Shown here: positions 60,917 to 64,000 of the stretch, piece by piece | Layout of the letters: each line of letters begins with the position of its first letter | Numbering within the stretch: the stretch's first letter is position 1 | Assembly: GCA_030152585.1 (NCBI GenBank) | Contig: JASLJC010000057.1 | Coordinates: 27,637-91,636, forward strand | DNA length: 64,000 bases | Source of the DNA: Savagea sp. | GTDB taxonomy: Bacteria > Bacillota > Bacilli > Bacillales_A > Planococcaceae | Reading direction: 5' to 3' | Translations under genes and position numbers: made by a program | Notes under the pieces: generated by a model | Databases searched by the model: none | The model's input: only the letters and a program-made list of their open reading frames with translations | Told to the model about the DNA's origin: nothing

Positions 60917-61060
60917 AAAAAGAAAAAGCGCTTCTTCTCGTCGAGTTGACGATAGAAACGCTTTCTCTCACTCTTTTTTTGCATGCTTGAGCAGAAGAGA
61001 CGTACGATTGTTGATTGAGGACAATAGTACGCCGTGCGAATGTCTTATCAAGCTATCCCA
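60917..61060 (-). ncRNA. candidate sRNA or leader (RNA-C)
   Basis: -10 TATACT (61071..61066), GCTTGA/TCAAGC-closed domain with GGCGTAC/GTACGTC stem, then a terminator AAAGCGTTTCT/AGAAGCGCTTT + T-run with no minus-strand gene directly upstream. Confidence 0.45.
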
Positions 61061-61211
61061 TACGTAGTATACTAAATACACTCTAAACAAATTCTGAAAC
61101 TTTTTTAGCAACCGATACAAATCTATCTTTTTTTCTTTTTTTCGCTTACACTAGACGAGCGATTCAAACAAAGAGACGAGATTTCATTTTACAAAAAGGG
61201 GATTACGACTG

Positions 61212-62318
61212 ATGTTGCAGACGATGATAGTAGATGATGTAGAAGTAGCACTGAAATTACTCGAACACCAACTTCAAAAATTTCCAGGCGTCTCCGTCGT
61301 TTATGCGACGACGAAAGCGAGTGACGTCTTAACAAAAGTAGACGAATATATACCAGATGTTATTTTTTTAGACATTAATTTAGGTGAATTGTCAGGGATG
61401 ACGTTAGCAAAAGAAATTCAAGCGAAGTATCCGAGCGTTCAAATTGTCTTTTTGACAGCATATGCCCAATTTGCTGTCGATGCTTTTGAATTAGAAGCTG
61501 TCGACTACCTCGTCAAACCGGTCACCGTAACACGACTGAAAAAGACGATGGACCGCCTCCTACGCCAACACACTTCAGAACAACGCGATGAGACGGTCAA
61601 AAGAAAAGGAGATTTGTACGTTCAAGCATTTCGGACACCAGATGTACAAACAAGTCACGGTCAAATGCTTCACTTCCGGACGAATAAAGCACGTGAAATG
61701 TTATTTTTCCTTTGGCAATCACCCGCACATGCCGCTTCACGAGATACAATCATTGAGACACTTTGGCCCGAATGGCCGTACGAAAAAGCGACGCAAATTA
61801 TGCATTCTACGATTTATCAATTACGTCAAACGTTACGAAAAGTAGGACTACCGAATGCACTTGCATACGAACGACAACAATACCGACTCACACCAGTAAT
61901 CGATTCCGACGTAGCGCAATGGCAAACGATTATCGAACGTTCCTCTATTAGCCGTGAAGACGTCGATCATGCTTTTTCACTTTATACCGGACCTTACTTT
62001 GCAGAAGCCGACTACTCTTGGGCGATGAGCGAACAACGACGACTTCAACAACGATGGGAACAATTTTTATTACACGTTTTGAAAACGTATTCAGCAGATA
62101 AAACGTTACACGAACATATTTTTAACACACTTTCGGTCGATACATTGTATACAGAAGAGTGGCTCACCGTTCAATTTCAATATTTCGGACAAACACAACA
62201 ACTCGCTCGCCTCGTCGAAACGTACGAACGAGCACAAGACTATTGGGGCGAACAGTTCGGGCTCGATATTCCAAAGCCGGTCCAACAAATTTATATCGAT
62301 TACGTCACGACCGCTTAA
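61212..62318 (+). CDS. response regulator (REC + winged-helix + BTAD/SARP-like region)
   Basis: IVDD, IFLDINL, FLTAY, DYLVKP; FRTNKAREMLFFL, IETLWPE, YQLRQ, LYTGPYF. Confidence 0.9.
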   Translation: MLQTMIVDDVEVALKLLEHQLQKFPGVSVVYATTKASDVLTKVDEYIPDVIFLDINLGELSGMTLAKEIQAKYPSVQIVFLTAYAQFAVDAFELEAVDYLVKPVTVTRLKKTMDRLLRQHTSEQRDETVKRKGDLYVQAFRTPDVQTSHGQMLHFRTNKAREMLFFLWQSPAHAASRDTIIETLWPEWPYEKATQIMHSTIYQLRQTLRKVGLPNALAYERQQYRLTPVIDSDVAQWQTIIERSSISREDVDHAFSLYTGPYFAEADYSWAMSEQRRLQQRWEQFLLHVLKTYSADKTLHEHIFNTLSVDTLYTEEWLTVQFQYFGQTQQLARLVETYERAQDYWGEQFGLDIPKPVQQIYIDYVTTA

Positions 62319-62337
62319 CGAAACCTCTATCAACTCC

Positions 62338-62382
62338 AAAAACCTTCGTCTTTACGATTCAACGTAGAGACGAAGGTTTTTT
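62338..62382. terminator. bidirectional terminator
   Basis: AAAAACCTTCGTCT / AGACGAAGGTTTTT. Confidence 0.8.
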
Positions 62383-62403
62383 ATAGACATATCGTTAAAA
62401 CTG

Positions 62404-64000
62404 TTAGGAAATGCGATCGATCGGTATCGGTAAAACGACGGTCGTTCCTTTTCCTTCTTCTGAAGTAATGCGTAACCCTTCTCGATAATATCGTTTCCAA
62501 CGTAAATGGGTATTTAACACACCGATTCCTCGGTCTTGCTGAAACGATCCTTCTAACAACGCTTTTACTTCCGTTTCGGACATCCCGACACCATCGTCTT
62601 CAATCATTACGTAAACGTACGTTTCGGTCTTTCGTATGCGAATCGTTAACATCCCGCCTTCTTGTCTACGCATTAACCCGTGATTGACTGCATTTTCAAC
62701 GATCGGTTGAATCGTCAGAGGTAAAATATGAAGGTCATAAATATCGTCTAATATGTCCCAATGGACGAGTAAACGGTCGCCGTGTTGTTCTTGTTCAATC
62801 GTCAAATACGCTTCGACAATGTTTAACTCTTCTTCGAGCGGAATCGGTTCTTTGGCATTTTTAAATTTAAACTTACTTTGTAAAATGTTCATAAACGCCT
62901 CGAGTAAACGGTCCATTTTCACTTCGTCAAATTGGCTAAAAGCGACGATCGTATTCAATGTATTAAAGAAGAAATGCGGCTCAATTTGAGACTGTAACCA
63001 AGCGCCTTCCATTTCGACACTTAACTCGAGCGACTGTTTCATCGTCAGTAACGCATAAACGCGTGCTCGTAACTCTACTGCATCGACCGGCTTCCGCACG
63101 TAATCATTTGCACCGACTTCAAACCCTTCACGAATCGCTTCACTACTATATTTCGTCGTTAATAATAAAATCGGCAGTTCTGTCATATTGTACATTTGAC
63201 GTAACCGCTGCGTCAGCGTATAGCCACTCATATCAGTTAACGTATCATTTGCAATTAAAACGTCAATCGGCTCCGTCGCGACGATTTGTTCAGCTTCTTC
63301 CCCTGTCGTCGCTTCATAAAATTGATACGAACCGTTTTGAACAATACGACGCAACAACTGCGCTTGAAACGGTTGTGAGTCGACGATTAAAATCGACGCC
63401 GTCGGATCTCCGACTAACGGATATTCATCGAACGGTTCACTTTCAAGCGGAACGGGTAACGTTTCTTCTAATGGCTTTTGCGCTTCTGCCGCTTCGGCTT
63501 TTTTGAAATGAAGTGCGACTTGCGTTCCTTTCCCGACTTCCGACGTTAAATAAAAGGCACCGCCTTGTAACTCCATTAAATAACGACTCATAAACAACCC
63601 GAGCGGACGACTCCGTTCATTCGGTAAAAAGGACGGCAATGTCGCCGTACGGAAGAAATCTTCAAACTTCTCTTCTTCGTATCCTTCTCCTTCATCTCGA
63701 ACGATAACGATCACTTCTTCTTCCGTCTCCCGAATCGTAACGATAATGACACCTTCTGTCGTTTCATGATACGCGTGTAATAAAACGTTATACAACACTT
63801 GAACGAGTCGCTGTTCATCTGCACGAACGTAGGCATCTGTCGTCGAATCGAAACGAAATGTCACCGCAGGCCGTTCCGCCGATAACATCATCATATCGTG
63901 TGCCGTATACAAAAAAGGTTGTAGGCGGACCGCTTGAATATCGAGTAAAGACGCGAGTGTTCCATCTTTTAACCGACTCATATCAAGTAAGTCTTGTAGT
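62404..64000 (-). CDS. hybrid sensor histidine kinase (HATPase - REC - LytS-type His_kinase - HATPase), 5' part outside window
   Basis: Frame is open beyond 63981 (LQDLLDMSRL, end of a HisKA domain); SQIEPHFFFNTLN, QPIVENAVNHG, EDDGVGM, GIGVLN. Confidence 0.9.
   Translation of the reverse strand, partial: LQDLLDMSRLKDGTLASLLDIQAVRLQPFLYTAHDMMMLSAERPAVTFRFDSTTDAYVRADEQRLVQVLYNVLLHAYHETTEGVIIVTIRETEEEVIVIVRDEGEGYEEEKFEDFFRTATLPSFLPNERSRPLGLFMSRYLMELQGGAFYLTSEVGKGTQVALHFKKAEAAEAQKPLEETLPVPLESEPFDEYPLVGDPTASILIVDSQPFQAQLLRRIVQNGSYQFYEATTGEEAEQIVATEPIDVLIANDTLTDMSGYTLTQRLRQMYNMTELPILLLTTKYSSEAIREGFEVGANDYVRKPVDAVELRARVYALLTMKQSLELSVEMEGAWLQSQIEPHFFFNTLNTIVAFSQFDEVKMDRLLEAFMNILQSKFKFKNAKEPIPLEEELNIVEAYLTIEQEQHGDRLLVHWDILDDIYDLHILPLTIQPIVENAVNHGLMRRQEGGMLTIRIRKTETYVYVMIEDDGVGMSETEVKALLEGSFQQDRGIGVLNTHLRWKRYYREGLRITSEEGKGTTVVLPIPIDRIS

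Noticed and set aside
137..63506. Many short ORFs antisense or out of frame to long genes (e.g. 4405..5193, 14718..15431, 49134..49718)
   Set aside because: Shadow ORFs of well-supported genes, with no RBS or recognisable motifs.

Overview
Chromosomal segment of a low-GC Bacillota (Bacillales; gene order and proteins look Caryophanaceae/Planococcaceae-like, which is inference). Most genes lie on the minus strand. The left end is the conserved purE / NETI-protein / pbuG / guaA / transglutaminase-DUF58-MoxR region with two clear PurR operator pairs. It is followed by nadE-pncB, a cell-envelope cluster (SLH phosphodiester glycosidase, O-antigen-ligase-like protein, SLH-DUF4855, LCP), gltS, a 5'(3')-nucleotidase, a prpF-aconitase pair, a large YhgE/Pip protein, ytvI, glpD-gabD, an SLH subtilase, an S-layer-like protein, an asparaginase, SAM-I-controlled metNIQ, an SLH-CAP protein, opuA, a VOC protein, two MCPs, a second SLH-DUF4855, two secreted unknowns and a convergent response regulator / hybrid kinase pair (kinase cut by the window end). 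I saw no rRNA, tRNA, CRISPR array, transposase or integrase. The most interesting observations are: (i) up to four gene-free promoter-structure-terminator units (candidate sRNAs at about 12.2, 30.7, 58.5 and 61.0 kb), where the predicted 5' ends of three are complementary to different parts of the fourth, suggesting an sRNA/sponge network (hypothesis, read by eye); (ii) a GMP synthase whose glutaminase domain has lost its catalytic Cys; (iii) a prpF-atypical aconitase unit; and (iv) a hybrid kinase with a degenerate first kinase/receiver module. All calls come from motif recognition by eye; no searches were run.
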